Virus record (IMG/VR): IMGVR_UViG_3300020123_000348
Coordinates: 1-58,885 of that record
DNA: 58,885 nt
Reading direction: 5' to 3' (one strand)
Source: a virus
Taxonomy: Duplodnaviria > Caudoviricetes
The position numbers and the translations under genes were made by a program. Shown here one piece after another: positions 1 through 9,895 of the stretch. The notes under the pieces are model-generated. The model saw nothing but the letters and a program-made list of their open reading frames with translations, did no database searches and had not been told where the DNA came from. The number at the start of each line of letters is the position of its first letter. The stretch's first letter is position 1.

Positions 1-1
1 A

Positions 2-463
2 GAAAAGCAACAAAAGCATTTTACAACAATTGTCGCATGTTTTAAGAAAGACAACTGCCTATACATTTTAGATGTTGTTTTATATAAGAAAGAATTTTAT
101 CAGTCATGTGAATTCATAAGGGATTATGTTTATAAGATGAGATATACATCTTTAAGCAAAGTAAAAGTTGAACCAAAATCATCTGGTAAGTCAATAGTAA
201 GTCAATTGAAAGCGACAACTAAATTGAATGTACAAGAATTGAAACCGCCAACTGATGATAAATTAACGAGAGTAAAAGCAATTCAACCAGCATGTGAAAC
301 CAGAAGAATAATATTGGTTGAAGGGGCATATACAGAGAAGTTTTTAGATTCTTTATGTACGTTTCCATTAGCGGCTCATGATGATGATGTAGATGCATTT
401 GTTCACGCTGTTACAGATAATCTTTTAGATGATGGTTTTGATTTTGGATTTGTTGATTTATAA
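2..463 (+). CDS. terL: Terminase large subunit, C-terminal nuclease domain (5'-truncated by window edge)
   Basis: Frame is open from position 2 (EKQQKHFTTIVACFKKDNCLYILDVV...) into the tracked ORF; VEPKSSG, DKLTR and FPLAAHDDDVDA motifs are typical of TerL RNase H-like C-termini; lies upstream of the portal. Confidence 0.85.
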   Translation, partial: EKQQKHFTTIVACFKKDNCLYILDVVLYKKEFYQSCEFIRDYVYKMRYTSLSKVKVEPKSSGKSIVSQLKATTKLNVQELKPPTDDKLTRVKAIQPACETRRIILVEGAYTEKFLDSLCTFPLAAHDDDVDAFVHAVTDNLLDDGFDFGFVDL

Positions 464-465
464 TT

Positions 466-1272
466 ATGGCAAAGAGAAATATAGTAAAGAAAAAGGTTAT
501 AAAAAAACCAATTGAAAAAAGAAAAAACATTGTTCTTAAAGATGGAGAACGTGATAATATTACTAATAAAATAATCTCTATTTATAAAGATGGTGGAAAT
601 ACTGAAGACATTGAAGAATATCTTAAAAGCATTGGTAGAGAAAAACAAATGCGTCAAGATATTTTTAATGCAAATTTGGTTGTGAAAAGAAGATCAAAAG
701 AAGAGAGAGAGTCATTAATAAATACGCATGTTAAAAGATATGAAAAACTATATAGAGATAATAAAAATAAAACAGTAAAAGATTTTCCAGGTTTACCAGG
801 TCATATAGCTAAATATTTAGTAATAGATTCATTAGTAATTTCATTAGATGCCCTTGTTGCTAAAGAAAGAGTAATGGGTTTGCATACTAAGAGATTCAGA
901 GTTCAGTTGAATAGTTTTTTTAAGAAGAAAATAGTTAAAAGTTATAATTTTAATTCTCATGATTTAGATGATTTGATACGGCTTAAACAATTACTTGAAA
1001 AGATGAGAAAAAATAAACCAGATGAAACACAGCAAATAGAAGAATTAGCTGATGTAAAAGCTGAATTGAAAACCATTGATGTTGATTATGTTGAAGTAAA
1101 TACTGAAGTTAGTGATAAGATTAAAGAGACTGTTGAAATTAAAAAAGAAACTATAGAAAGACAAGAAGGAGAAGTACTTGAAAATCTTACTCAAAATATC
1201 TTAAAGAAAGATTTAGAAAAAACAAATACGAAAAAGAAAAGTCTTTTGAGTAAGATTAATAAAATGAAGTAA
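466..1272 (+). CDS. Hypothetical protein, possibly terminase small subunit-like
   Basis: 268-aa basic/helical ORF directly after terL; ALDALVAKERVMGLH loosely resembles TerS oligomerisation segments; function is a weak inference. Confidence 0.45.
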   Translation: MAKRNIVKKKVIKKPIEKRKNIVLKDGERDNITNKIISIYKDGGNTEDIEEYLKSIGREKQMRQDIFNANLVVKRRSKEERESLINTHVKRYEKLYRDNKNKTVKDFPGLPGHIAKYLVIDSLVISLDALVAKERVMGLHTKRFRVQLNSFFKKKIVKSYNFNSHDLDDLIRLKQLLEKMRKNKPDETQQIEELADVKAELKTIDVDYVEVNTEVSDKIKETVEIKKETIERQEGEVLENLTQNILKKDLEKTNTKKKSLLSKINKMK

Positions 1273-1344
1273 TATGGAAAATAAAATTGAAACTTTTTCT
1301 AAAAAAAAGATAAAAATTTATGAAAAATTTGAACAATATAAATA

Positions 1345-1527
1345 ATGGAAGAAATAACAATATATAAATTTCAATTAGAAACTATTTTAGAAGCATTAAG
1401 AATAACTTCAAATATTCATAATAGTAGTGAAGGTAAAACATGTCATGATAGAAAAGTAAAACAAGCTTATGAATATGCTAAAAACGCTTTGAATAAAGAA
1501 AAAGATAAAACTGTTAAATATGGATAA
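1345..1527 (+). CDS. Hypothetical protein
   Basis: 60-aa ORF with A-rich leader, overlapping the next start. Confidence 0.55.
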   Translation: MEEITIYKFQLETILEALRITSNIHNSSEGKTCHDRKVKQAYEYAKNALNKEKDKTVKYG

Positions 1528-2050
1528 ACAAAAATGTAATGGTTGTGGAGATCCAAAATATATTGTCAATAAGAAATACGGTTTTTGTGATGAGTGCAAT
1601 TTTAAAAGATTACATAAAGGACAATCAAAATTTGAATATAATAAAACTAAGAAAAAATCAATTGAAAATAAACCTAAAAAAAGAAAAGCAAAAGTTCTTA
1701 CTAAGACTCAAGAATTCAGATTTGAATTAAAAGAAGAGTATAAAAAAGTTTGTGATAAGATTGATAATGAAAGAGACCATTTATGTACAGGTTGTGGAAC
1801 ACATGAAGCATTAAGTCATTCACATATTATATCAAGAAAAGATTGTGCAGCTATTAATAGATTAGATTTGATAGTTGATGAGAAGAATATTACTTTTCAC
1901 TGTATTGATAGAGGACACTTAAAAGGTTGTCATCAAAAATGGGAAAGTAAGAATGAAGAAATCATGAAAACACTTTTAGATTATGAAGATAATATGAACT
2001 ATGTAAAATCAATAGATGAAAAATTATATAACAGATTAAAAAATAAGTAA
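1520..2050 (+). CDS. Zn-binding HNH endonuclease (NinG-like or packaging-associated)
   Basis: N-terminal CNGC..CDEC; C-terminal CTGCG..HSHIIS..N..C..CH HNH pattern. Confidence 0.7.
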   Translation: MDKQKCNGCGDPKYIVNKKYGFCDECNFKRLHKGQSKFEYNKTKKKSIENKPKKRKAKVLTKTQEFRFELKEEYKKVCDKIDNERDHLCTGCGTHEALSHSHIISRKDCAAINRLDLIVDEKNITFHCIDRGHLKGCHQKWESKNEEIMKTLLDYEDNMNYVKSIDEKLYNRLKNK

Positions 2051-2071
2051 AAATATTTTTGATAAAAGTAA

Positions 2072-2100
2072 TTTATTTAAAATAAATTTTGTATATTTGC
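2072..2100 (+). promoter_or_regulatory. Class A promoter: TTTAT-N5-ATAAA dyad plus Bacteroidota -7 element
   Basis: TTTATttaaaATAAA (2072-2086), 5-nt spacer, TATATTTG (2092-2099). Confidence 0.7.
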
Positions 2101-2134
2101 ATTATATTAAGATAAACAATTAAAAAAAATTAAA

Positions 2135-2305
2135 ATGGGAGAAGATCAAGATGAAAACGCCAAAGGTGTTGAAAGTACAGACTCAGAAGAAACTACTGAA
2201 AATGAAGTAGCAGAGTCAACCGAAGAAGGAGCTTCAGAAGAAGGTTCTGAAAATGAAACTAAAGAATCTGATGAAACAGATTCTGAAGGCGAAAATCAAG
2301 ATTAA
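2135..2305 (+). CDS. Very acidic 56-aa protein (not in ORF track)
   Basis: ATG 2135 to TAA 2305 behind a promoter and A-rich leader; MGEDQDENAKGVESTDSEETTENEVAESTEEGASEEGSENETKESDETDSEGENQD, 24 D/E versus 2 K. Confidence 0.7.
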   Translation: MGEDQDENAKGVESTDSEETTENEVAESTEEGASEEGSENETKESDETDSEGENQD

Positions 2306-2316
2306 TTTCTTGTGTT

Positions 2317-2391
2317 GAGATTTTAGCTCAGTTGGATTAGAGCATATCACTTTTAATGATAGGGTCATTGGTTCGATTCCAATAAATCTCA
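2317..2391 (+). tRNA. trnK: tRNA-Lys (anticodon UUU)
   Basis: Acceptor GAGATTT/AAATCTC, D arm GCTC/GAGC, anticodon arm TATCA-CTTTTAA-TGATA, T arm ATTGG-TTCGATT-CCAAT; CCA not encoded. Confidence 0.95.
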
Positions 2392-2426
2392 CAATAAAAA
2401 ATAACAGTGAAAATAAAAAGTTTTAA

Positions 2427-2660
2427 ATGAAATTAGGAGACAGTGAGTATACTATACAATCTTTGATCATTTTTCTAAATGAGAAGTTTGGAAGTAAAAA
2501 GTCAGGAAAGCCATTCAATAATTCAGATATAGCTCAATATGAAAGAAGAGGTTATCTTCCATATCGTTATGGAGGAGATAAAATTATTGCTACTGATTCA
2601 ATGGGTGTTAAATTATTGAAACTTAAAGAAGATGAAAATCTTAAAAATAAAGTAAAGTAA
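2427..2660 (+). CDS. Hypothetical protein, possible small DNA-binding protein
   Basis: 77-aa ORF coupled to the next gene by TAATG. Confidence 0.6.
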   Translation: MKLGDSEYTIQSLIIFLNEKFGSKKSGKPFNNSDIAQYERRGYLPYRYGGDKIIATDSMGVKLLKLKEDENLKNKVK

Positions 2661-3406
2661 TGGCAAAACAAAAGGCTCATAATATTCCAGTTTTTGATTG
2701 TGAAACTGGAGGCATTGATAGAAAAGATAATTTACATGCGATAAAATATCCAATGACTCAAATAGCCTTTGTTATTTTAGATGGATTTTCATTAAAAGAA
2801 TTTGGAAGATATTCATCGTATGTGAAAGGAAAAAAAGAGCCAATGTTTGAAAGTAATGATCCTGGAATTGTAAGTGGCTATGTTGGATATGGTTTAAATC
2901 AAGTTTATCAATATGAAGCTTTAGATATTACAGGAACGACTATTGAAAAACTTGAAAAATCAGGACAAGATATAAAAGTTGTAGTCAATCAAATTATTGA
3001 ATTATTTGAAGAAACAAAAAGTGGAAGTTCATTTCATAAATTCATATTAGCTGGTCATAATGTTGTTTATGACATACCATTCTTACAATATGCTTTTAAG
3101 TTATGTAAGAAAGATTTGTCAAAATGGATTCAAGGTTATTATGATGCTTATGGAAACTATCAATTTGTTTTTATTGATTCACAATTTTTATCAAGATTAA
3201 AGTCAGTTGATGAAGATGAAAAACATAAGTTAGAAATAGTAGCTAACAGAGAAGGCTTTGAAATCAATGATGCACATGATGCTTTGAATGACACACTTGT
3301 TACAGCTGAAATCATAAAGAAATATATTTTAGCTTTAAGAAATACTGGTGAAGGAGAAGTAATTGCATCTGGAAGATATAGAGATGATTTTAAATTTGAA
3401 TATTAG
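2660..3406 (+). CDS. DEDDh 3'-5' exonuclease (DnaQ/RNase T family)
   Basis: ExoI FDCETGG, ExoII AGHNVVYDIPFL, ExoIII AHDALND. Confidence 0.92.
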   Translation: MAKQKAHNIPVFDCETGGIDRKDNLHAIKYPMTQIAFVILDGFSLKEFGRYSSYVKGKKEPMFESNDPGIVSGYVGYGLNQVYQYEALDITGTTIEKLEKSGQDIKVVVNQIIELFEETKSGSSFHKFILAGHNVVYDIPFLQYAFKLCKKDLSKWIQGYYDAYGNYQFVFIDSQFLSRLKSVDEDEKHKLEIVANREGFEINDAHDALNDTLVTAEIIKKYILALRNTGEGEVIASGRYRDDFKFEY

Positions 3407-3409
3407 AAT

Positions 3410-3793
3410 ATGAAAGCAATAATAGCAGTAAACAATTTGGGTTTTATTGGATTGAACAATAAAATTCCTTGGAGAAGTAGTGAAGACTTTAAGCACTTTA
3501 AACAATTGACAATTCAAGGTGGAAGTTTATTAGTTGGATATAATGCCGAACAAGATCTACCAGAGTTAAAAGGCAGATTGATATTTGTTGATGATAGAGA
3601 ATGTTTTGATGCAGAATATGATTGGCTTATTGGTGGTAAAAAAACTTATGAAAAATATGCGCCTTATATTACAGAGCTTCATGTTTCTCATATCAATGAT
3701 AATACAATTGGAGATTGTTTGTTTCCAGATTTGAGTAAATTGAATCCAAATTGTAAGATTTTTAATTATAATTTTGAAGTAAACAAACAATGA
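3410..3793 (+). CDS. folA: Dihydrofolate reductase (compact, 127 aa)
   Basis: IIAVNNLGFIGLNNKIPWRSSEDFKHFK, LIGGKKTY and GDCLFP motifs. Confidence 0.9.
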   Translation: MKAIIAVNNLGFIGLNNKIPWRSSEDFKHFKQLTIQGGSLLVGYNAEQDLPELKGRLIFVDDRECFDAEYDWLIGGKKTYEKYAPYITELHVSHINDNTIGDCLFPDLSKLNPNCKIFNYNFEVNKQ

Positions 3794-4194
3794 ATATAGT
3801 TAAAGAACAAGAAGACATTTCAGAAGAAGAAAAGATTCAAATCTTTTTATCAGATTCAAAAAATAAAGAGATGGCTTTAGAATCAGCTAATGTCATTAAG
3901 AATGGACTTGGTGAATTAGGAAACAACTGGTTTAAAGCTATGGATGTCAGGAATCATTTAAAAATGGATTTGAATGAAGTCTTTACAAGTTTACAATTAT
4001 TAATCCTATTTGGATTTTGTTATTCAAGATTTGATGCTCAAAAAGAACAAGAATACATTATCATATTTTCAGACGAAGAAAGACTTATAATTGTCAATCA
4101 AGATATAGCTTTTTATAATGAGAAAATAATCAATCTCAAAAAAGAAGCTGCTAAATTAAAGTCGCAAATAAAAGTAAAAATTAAAAGTTTATAA
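3790..4194 (+). CDS. Hypothetical protein
   Basis: 134-aa ORF, ATGA overlap with DHFR. Confidence 0.65.
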   Translation: MNIVKEQEDISEEEKIQIFLSDSKNKEMALESANVIKNGLGELGNNWFKAMDVRNHLKMDLNEVFTSLQLLILFGFCYSRFDAQKEQEYIIIFSDEERLIIVNQDIAFYNEKIINLKKEAAKLKSQIKVKIKSL

Positions 4195-4199
4195 ATTTT

Positions 4200-4212
4200 T
4201 AGTAATTTTGCA
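4200..4212 (+). promoter_or_regulatory. Class B promoter (TAGTAnTTTTGCA)
   Basis: TAGTAATTTTGCA upstream of the 4240/portal unit; same motif at 8721, 31392, 37626, variants at 44881 and 48077. Confidence 0.65.
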
Positions 4213-4239
4213 TAATTAATAACTAAAATTTTTATTCAA

Positions 4240-4797
4240 ATGAGTAATCAATCAGTTCTCGCAGACCACGTAAAAAGTGAAAGAAAAAGGATTTCAGATA
4301 ACATTTTGAAATCATATTCAAATATTGGAGACGTTACAACACCAACTATTGATATTGAAAAATTCAATGAACAATATTTTGAAAAATCAGAACAATTCTC
4401 TGTTATCTCAGATGTTGTGATGAAATCTTATGTTAGTGAATTGATTGAGACAATCAATGAAACTGAAGGACAAGAAGCAAAGATTGAATTGCTTGAAAAA
4501 GCAAAAATAGACATTCAATTATATAGAAAATTCAACGTACAACCAGAAAAAGGTGATGCAATTGTTTTTTATGTGAAAGATAAGATAGAGAAAGGAGAAG
4601 ATTATTCAAAATGGACTGCTAAACAACATGAAGATAGAGCTAAAGAATATGAAAAACTTGGCGATAAAGATTTTTCAAAAACTTCTTTTAACGGTAATAA
4701 TCAAAGATATAAAAAATGGAGAGCATCTAATAAAAATTATATTGAGATGAACAAACATAAAGATTTAGCAAAACAAAAATCTCAAAAACAAGACTAA
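4240..4797 (+). CDS. Hypothetical protein, candidate internal head protein
   Basis: Precedes portal; carries ILKS, FEKS, VMKS, LEKA and IEKG motifs. Confidence 0.6.
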   Translation: MSNQSVLADHVKSERKRISDNILKSYSNIGDVTTPTIDIEKFNEQYFEKSEQFSVISDVVMKSYVSELIETINETEGQEAKIELLEKAKIDIQLYRKFNVQPEKGDAIVFYVKDKIEKGEDYSKWTAKQHEDRAKEYEKLGDKDFSKTSFNGNNQRYKKWRASNKNYIEMNKHKDLAKQKSQKQD

Positions 4798-4832
4798 TAA
4801 TTCATTCATAATTTTATAAAAAGAAAAGATGA

Positions 4833-6548
4833 ATGGCCAAAAAGACCAAAAAACAAATCGAAAAATCTCATCAAGAACTTGATGTAATAAATACATTAGG
4901 AACTTACGATGAATTCATAGCAAAAGCAAACATTGAAAAATCACTAATCTTACAAAATGCACTAAGAGGAAACGACATAGATGCAATTTATAAGGCACAA
5001 CAATACTTAAACAAAAACAAAAGTTCGAATCAACGAACTGATGATGACAGAATAAAAACAATGTTCGTAGATCCAATGTCTACGAATGTTGGTTTAGGCT
5101 ATCAAGACAAGCAGATGAAAATCTCATTTGCTATGTTACGGCAAATGGGAAGAGTACCGGTGATTAAGTCAATTATTGGATTGAGGATTAATCAGATTAC
5201 GAAGTTTGCACAACCTCAGACTGATAAGTATAGCACTGGATTCATCATACGACCAAAAAAGAAAGTGATTGGAGGTGATGGTGAATATAAATTGAGTAAA
5301 GAACAGGAATCTAAAATTAATGACATTACTGAATTCATTCTTAATTGTGGAGTAAATGAAGTTGATCCTTATGCGCACGATGGATTCGAGACTTTTTTAA
5401 CTAAGATAGTGAAGGATAGTTTGGAATTGGATCAGGGATGTTTTCAATTAACTCAAAACATTGCTGGCGATCTGTTCTCATTTGAAGCAGTTGATGGAGC
5501 TACGATAAGAATAGCTGATACATATTTTAAACAATTTGATAATGATTACAAGGAAAAAAATCAACATGAATTAATTGATGACTATTTGCCGTTTTATGTT
5601 CAGATTTATATGAACAAAATTATCAATGAATATCGGCCGTGGGATTTAGCTTTTAATGTTAGAAATCCTCAGACTGATATTTATAAAAATGGATATGGAA
5701 TTTCAGAGTTGGAAGACCTTGTGAGCATTATTACAAACATTTTAAATGCTGATTCATATAATGCTAATTTTTTTAAAATTGGATCTGCACCTAAAGGAAT
5801 TATAAGAGTTAGTGGTAATTTTAATGCTTCAAGACTTGAAGAGTTTAAAAATCAATGGCAGGCGAACATAGCGGGCGTAAGGAATGCTCATCGCACGCCC
5901 GTGATAGAAGCAGAAAAAATGGATTTTATTCAAACAGGTTCTACAAATAGAGACATGGAATATTCGAGATGGTATGAGTTTTTACTAAAGTTAGCTTCAG
6001 CAGTATATGCTTGTGATCCAGCAGAAATAAATTTTCCATTGGGTGGTAGTTCAGAACAAAAAGCCATGTTTGATAGTTCACAAGAATCTAAAATAAAGAA
6101 TAGTAAAGATAAAGGATTAAAACCGTTACTTTCACATATTTCGAGATGGATAAATAAACATATTGTTCAAAAATTAGATAAAGATTTCGAATTTGTTTTT
6201 TGTGGACTTGAATCTGAAGATGCTCAAGCAGAACTTAATGATAATATTATGAAGCTTCAAAACTTCATGAGTTTAAATGAAATTAGGGCTAAATATAAGT
6301 TGAAAGAATTAAGTGAAGAAGATGGTGGTAATATGATTTTGAATCCTTTGCTTTTTCAAATGAAAATGCAAGATAAAATGATGTCTCAACAAAATCCAAA
6401 TGGTCAACAAGAAGAGGATGAAAATCAAGAAGGATATGAAGATGAGAATTACGATCGAAATGATAGAAAGAAAAATCCGTTTGAAAAAGGATTAAAAGTT
6501 GATGAAAAACTTTCTGAAGAAATAAGTAGAATACTTTGTGAAGATTAA
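4833..6548 (+). CDS. Portal protein
   Basis: 571 aa; AVDGATIR, RNPQTD..GYGISELE, FFKIGSAPKG, DMEYSRW, DPAEIN, GLKPLL motifs as in SPO1/Twort-like portals. Confidence 0.93.
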   Translation: MAKKTKKQIEKSHQELDVINTLGTYDEFIAKANIEKSLILQNALRGNDIDAIYKAQQYLNKNKSSNQRTDDDRIKTMFVDPMSTNVGLGYQDKQMKISFAMLRQMGRVPVIKSIIGLRINQITKFAQPQTDKYSTGFIIRPKKKVIGGDGEYKLSKEQESKINDITEFILNCGVNEVDPYAHDGFETFLTKIVKDSLELDQGCFQLTQNIAGDLFSFEAVDGATIRIADTYFKQFDNDYKEKNQHELIDDYLPFYVQIYMNKIINEYRPWDLAFNVRNPQTDIYKNGYGISELEDLVSIITNILNADSYNANFFKIGSAPKGIIRVSGNFNASRLEEFKNQWQANIAGVRNAHRTPVIEAEKMDFIQTGSTNRDMEYSRWYEFLLKLASAVYACDPAEINFPLGGSSEQKAMFDSSQESKIKNSKDKGLKPLLSHISRWINKHIVQKLDKDFEFVFCGLESEDAQAELNDNIMKLQNFMSLNEIRAKYKLKELSEEDGGNMILNPLLFQMKMQDKMMSQQNPNGQQEEDENQEGYEDENYDRNDRKKNPFEKGLKVDEKLSEEISRILCED

Positions 6549-7510
6549 TGGAAGAAATTCGTGAACAATATGGATATGTCTATTTAACAATATGTTTAAG
6601 TAATTTAAAGATTTATATAGGACAAGCTAAAAGAAAAGAATTTGATAAAAAATATTTAGGTTCAGGTAAGTATTTAAAAAGAGCTATTGAAAAACATGAA
6701 AGAGAAAATTTTGAATGTAAACAAATAAATATTGCTTTTTCAAGAGAAGAACTTTGTGAACAAGAAAAATTTTGGATTAAATATTTTAGAGATCTTGGTT
6801 ATATTATGTATAATATAACTTCAGGAGGCGAATTTGGAGATGCGATGACATATAATCCAAATAGAAAAGAAATTGGAAGAAAAATAAGTAAAGGCCAATT
6901 AAATTCAGAAGAATTTCAAAAAGCAACAAGATCAAAAGAACGTGGTGATAAAATAAGTAAATCAAGATTAGCTTCTAAGAAAGCTAAAGATTCATATTCT
7001 TCAAAAGAAAGAAATGATAAAATAAGTAAAAAACATAAAGGAACAAAATCAAAAAGAGATATTTCTCCTCATTGTTTAGAAAGTCATGCTTTAAATATTT
7101 TAAAACAGTTTCATAATGATAAATGTTGGAAAAATCCTAATTATACTTATGAAGAACAAAAAGAAAGACGTAAAATAAATATTTCAAATAGAGTTGGTAA
7201 AAAAAGAGAAAAGTATAAAAAAAGTAAAAAAAAAAGAAAAATTAGAACAAAAGAACATTCTGAAAATATTAGTAAAAGTAAAATAAAAGCTAATAAAAAA
7301 CGTAAAGAACTTGGAATTAATCTTCTTAAAAGAAAAAAATTTAAACAAAAAAGAGGAACTTGCCAAAATTGTTTAGAAGAATTTGCTTTAAATATTTTAA
7401 CGAAATATCATGGAGATAGATGTTTTAAAAATCCTAATATAGACATCGAAGCAGAAATTTTAAGACGGAAAAAAGGTAAATATAAACCTAAATCCAATGA
7501 AACCTCTTAA
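6548..7510 (+). CDS. Free-standing GIY-YIG homing endonuclease
   Basis: GYVY..KIYIGQ..YLGSG..YNITSGG catalytic domain, basic NUMOD-like repeats and C-terminal CxxC..H..C motif. Confidence 0.88.
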   Translation: MEEIREQYGYVYLTICLSNLKIYIGQAKRKEFDKKYLGSGKYLKRAIEKHERENFECKQINIAFSREELCEQEKFWIKYFRDLGYIMYNITSGGEFGDAMTYNPNRKEIGRKISKGQLNSEEFQKATRSKERGDKISKSRLASKKAKDSYSSKERNDKISKKHKGTKSKRDISPHCLESHALNILKQFHNDKCWKNPNYTYEEQKERRKINISNRVGKKREKYKKSKKKRKIRTKEHSENISKSKIKANKKRKELGINLLKRKKFKQKRGTCQNCLEEFALNILTKYHGDRCFKNPNIDIEAEILRRKKGKYKPKSNETS

Positions 7511-7742
7511 AATCTTCGATAACAAATTTACAGTTGAGAAAGATGAAAAAGGGCTTTTAAAATATACTGCGAATATTGATGCGATATTTAAGGCTTATAT
7601 AAGAAAGCCATTAACTAAGAAAGAACATCAAAAACCCGCGTTTCAAGTCATAATCGAAATAGAATCTAATGCTAAAAAGAGTGCTTCTGAATACTTTGAA
7701 AATCTTACATTAGATTTAGTAAAAACTCTCAAAAACTTATAA
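7497..7742 (+). CDS. Hypothetical protein
   Basis: 81-aa ORF between the endonuclease and the head morphogenesis gene. Confidence 0.6.
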   Translation: MKPLKIFDNKFTVEKDEKGLLKYTANIDAIFKAYIRKPLTKKEHQKPAFQVIIEIESNAKKSASEYFENLTLDLVKTLKNL

Positions 7743-7744
7743 GG

Positions 7745-8683
7745 ATGTTATTCTCCCAAAAACAGATTGAAGAGTTATTAAAGGTGATTGAAAAAAACAC
7801 TAACATCTTTATAGCAAAGCATATTGGTTCTGAGTATTTGACTCAGGATGAAAAGAAATCTTTAGAAAGTATTGGAATCAATCCAAACAAACTTTATTCA
7901 TTAGAGAGTGATTTGGTAACACAGAGCTTCAATTTTGGGATTTTATCAGATGCTATTGGAAACATCGATTCCAAGAAACTCACATTCGATAATCTTTTGG
8001 ATTATTTCAAACATCAAAAACATATACCACTTTCAGAAATCGACAAAGCTACGATTGAATCAATTAAGCACCAAAGTTTAAGTGACATTCGTGCGAATAA
8101 GGGAAGGATCTTCAACGATGTGAATAATGTGATTTCAAAAGTTGATAAGAATAATCGAGTTGCGTACGAAAAAATAATACGAGATAGAATATTAGAAGGA
8201 ACTTTGAAAAAAGAGTCTGTTGGAACTATTTCTCGTGAACTCGGAATTTTGACAGGAGATTGGAGTAGAAATTTCACAAAATCCATAGAATTCATTTCTC
8301 ATTTAGCGCTTTCAGAAGGACGTCTTTCAATAATTGAGAAACAAAATCCAAATTCCAAAATTTGGATGAGCGTATATGACAAAGCTTGTCCTTCGTGTAT
8401 TAAATTATATTTGACTAAAGGAATCGGTTCAGAGCCCAAATTATTTACGATAAATGAGTTGAAAAATGCTGGCTCAAACATAGGTAGAAAAGTTTCAGAG
8501 TGGAAACCTGTCATACCGCCGTGCCATGTCTATTGTCGTTGTATGATAAACAAATTTCAAATCGGAAGTCAATGGGATCCAAAATTGAAGAGATTCGAAC
8601 TTATCAAACAAGAGAAGCCAAATCGGCCGCTTATACATTTTAGTGTTAAAATAGGAAGTGAACAAAAAGAATATTATGTTTAG
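7745..8683 (+). CDS. Head morphogenesis protein (MuF/SPP1 gp7-like)
   Basis: ACPSC and PPCHVYCRC motifs; located downstream of portal. Confidence 0.8.
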   Translation: MLFSQKQIEELLKVIEKNTNIFIAKHIGSEYLTQDEKKSLESIGINPNKLYSLESDLVTQSFNFGILSDAIGNIDSKKLTFDNLLDYFKHQKHIPLSEIDKATIESIKHQSLSDIRANKGRIFNDVNNVISKVDKNNRVAYEKIIRDRILEGTLKKESVGTISRELGILTGDWSRNFTKSIEFISHLALSEGRLSIIEKQNPNSKIWMSVYDKACPSCIKLYLTKGIGSEPKLFTINELKNAGSNIGRKVSEWKPVIPPCHVYCRCMINKFQIGSQWDPKLKRFELIKQEKPNRPLIHFSVKIGSEQKEYYV

Positions 8684-8763
8684 AAAATAAATAGCTATTA
8701 TGTTTAGTAAATAAAAATTTTAGTATTTTTGCAATATTAATAATAAACTTAAAAAGAAATAAA

Positions 8764-9138
8764 ATGAAAAATTTCATATTTACCGGAACATTAAGAAGCA
8801 GAATTGCTAATCCTGGAGTTAGCTTTCCAGTTAATATTACTTTTAAAACTGATTTGATTTCAGATGGAAATGATCAAGAGGATTTCAATATTCTTAGTAT
8901 TCATACTTTAGATTCAGATTACGCTGGTTCTCCACAAACATCATCTTCAACAAATGTAAAACAGCATGCTGAATTCTTCGGGACTATGTTTTTGAATGTG
9001 AAATATTCGGTTAAAGATTTCATTGATAAAGCCGTTGGATTGAATTTGGTATTGAAAGTTGTTGATACTAATGGAAGCAATTCAATAACTATTAATGATG
9101 ATATTTCAGCATCTGGTTCATATAGTTATGAACACTAA
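8764..9138 (+). CDS. Hypothetical protein, possibly virion-associated
   Basis: 124 aa, beta-rich; own class B promoter (8721-8733) and terminator. Confidence 0.6.
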   Translation: MKNFIFTGTLRSRIANPGVSFPVNITFKTDLISDGNDQEDFNILSIHTLDSDYAGSPQTSSSTNVKQHAEFFGTMFLNVKYSVKDFIDKAVGLNLVLKVVDTNGSNSITINDDISASGSYSYEH

Positions 9139-9169
9139 ATAAAGGCATCGGATTAAGTTTCGATAAATA

Positions 9170-9210
9170 AAGAGAGTTTGGTTGATAGCAATATTAATTA
9201 AGCTTTTTTT
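9170..9210 (+). terminator. Intrinsic terminator
   Basis: AGAGAGTTTGGTTGATA-GCAA-TATTAATTAAGCTTTTT stem rich in G-U pairs, GNRA loop, T tract. Confidence 0.65.
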
Positions 9211-9244
9211 ATTTTAAATAAATTTTTTGTATTTTTGCATCATA

Positions 9245-9895
9245 ATGAAAAACATAATTTATACAGCAATAATTGGAAGCTACGATGAGCTTAAAGAGCC
9301 GCTTATAATTACTAAAGATGTTGATTATTTTTGTTTCACTGATGATGAAAATCTTGTAAGTGATAATTGGAAAGTTGTTGTCATTAAGAATAAAAGAAAC
9401 CTAACACAAGCTCAATTAGCAAGAGATGTGAAGATAAACATACATAGATATATGTTAGAATTCAATAAAGCATTATGGATTGACGCTAATCAACAAATCA
9501 ATGCAAATTTGATGTTTTTATTTGAATCTAATATAGAATATGATTTTACGCTTTTAATGCATCCAGATCGTAACTGTATTTATGATGAAGCTCTTAAATG
9601 TATTCAGTTAGAAAAAGATTCTCAAGATGTCATTAATAATCAAATGAAAAAGTATTTTGATGATTCTTATCCAAGAGATAATTCTTTAGCTGCAACAGGT
9701 TTAATGATTCGTAATAATAAAGAAGAAACAAATAAGTTTTGTGAATTTTGGTTTAATGAGATTTTACACGGAAGTCATAGAGATCAACTTTCTTTTAATT
9801 ATTCTTTAGTAAGTTTTAATCCAAAAATATCATTCAAATTTTTAGAATTCAAAGTTCTTTTAGATAATTTTATACGATGCAAACACAAGAAATAA
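9245..9895 (+). CDS. DUF616/TOD1-MUCI70-like glycosyltransferase
   Basis: IYTAIIGSYD, YFCFTD, LWIDAN, HPDRNCIYDEA, RDQLSFNY; ATG 9245 preferred over TTG 9227, which lies inside the promoter. Confidence 0.82.
   Translation: MKNIIYTAIIGSYDELKEPLIITKDVDYFCFTDDENLVSDNWKVVVIKNKRNLTQAQLARDVKINIHRYMLEFNKALWIDANQQINANLMFLFESNIEYDFTLLMHPDRNCIYDEALKCIQLEKDSQDVINNQMKKYFDDSYPRDNSLAATGLMIRNNKEETNKFCEFWFNEILHGSHRDQLSFNYSLVSFNPKISFKFLEFKVLLDNFIRCKHKK

Noticed and set aside
6548-7510. Group I intron hosting the GIY-YIG gene (also 46582-47436)
   Set aside because: Portal and sheath look complete and the endonuclease ORFs abut their neighbours, leaving no room for an intron core.
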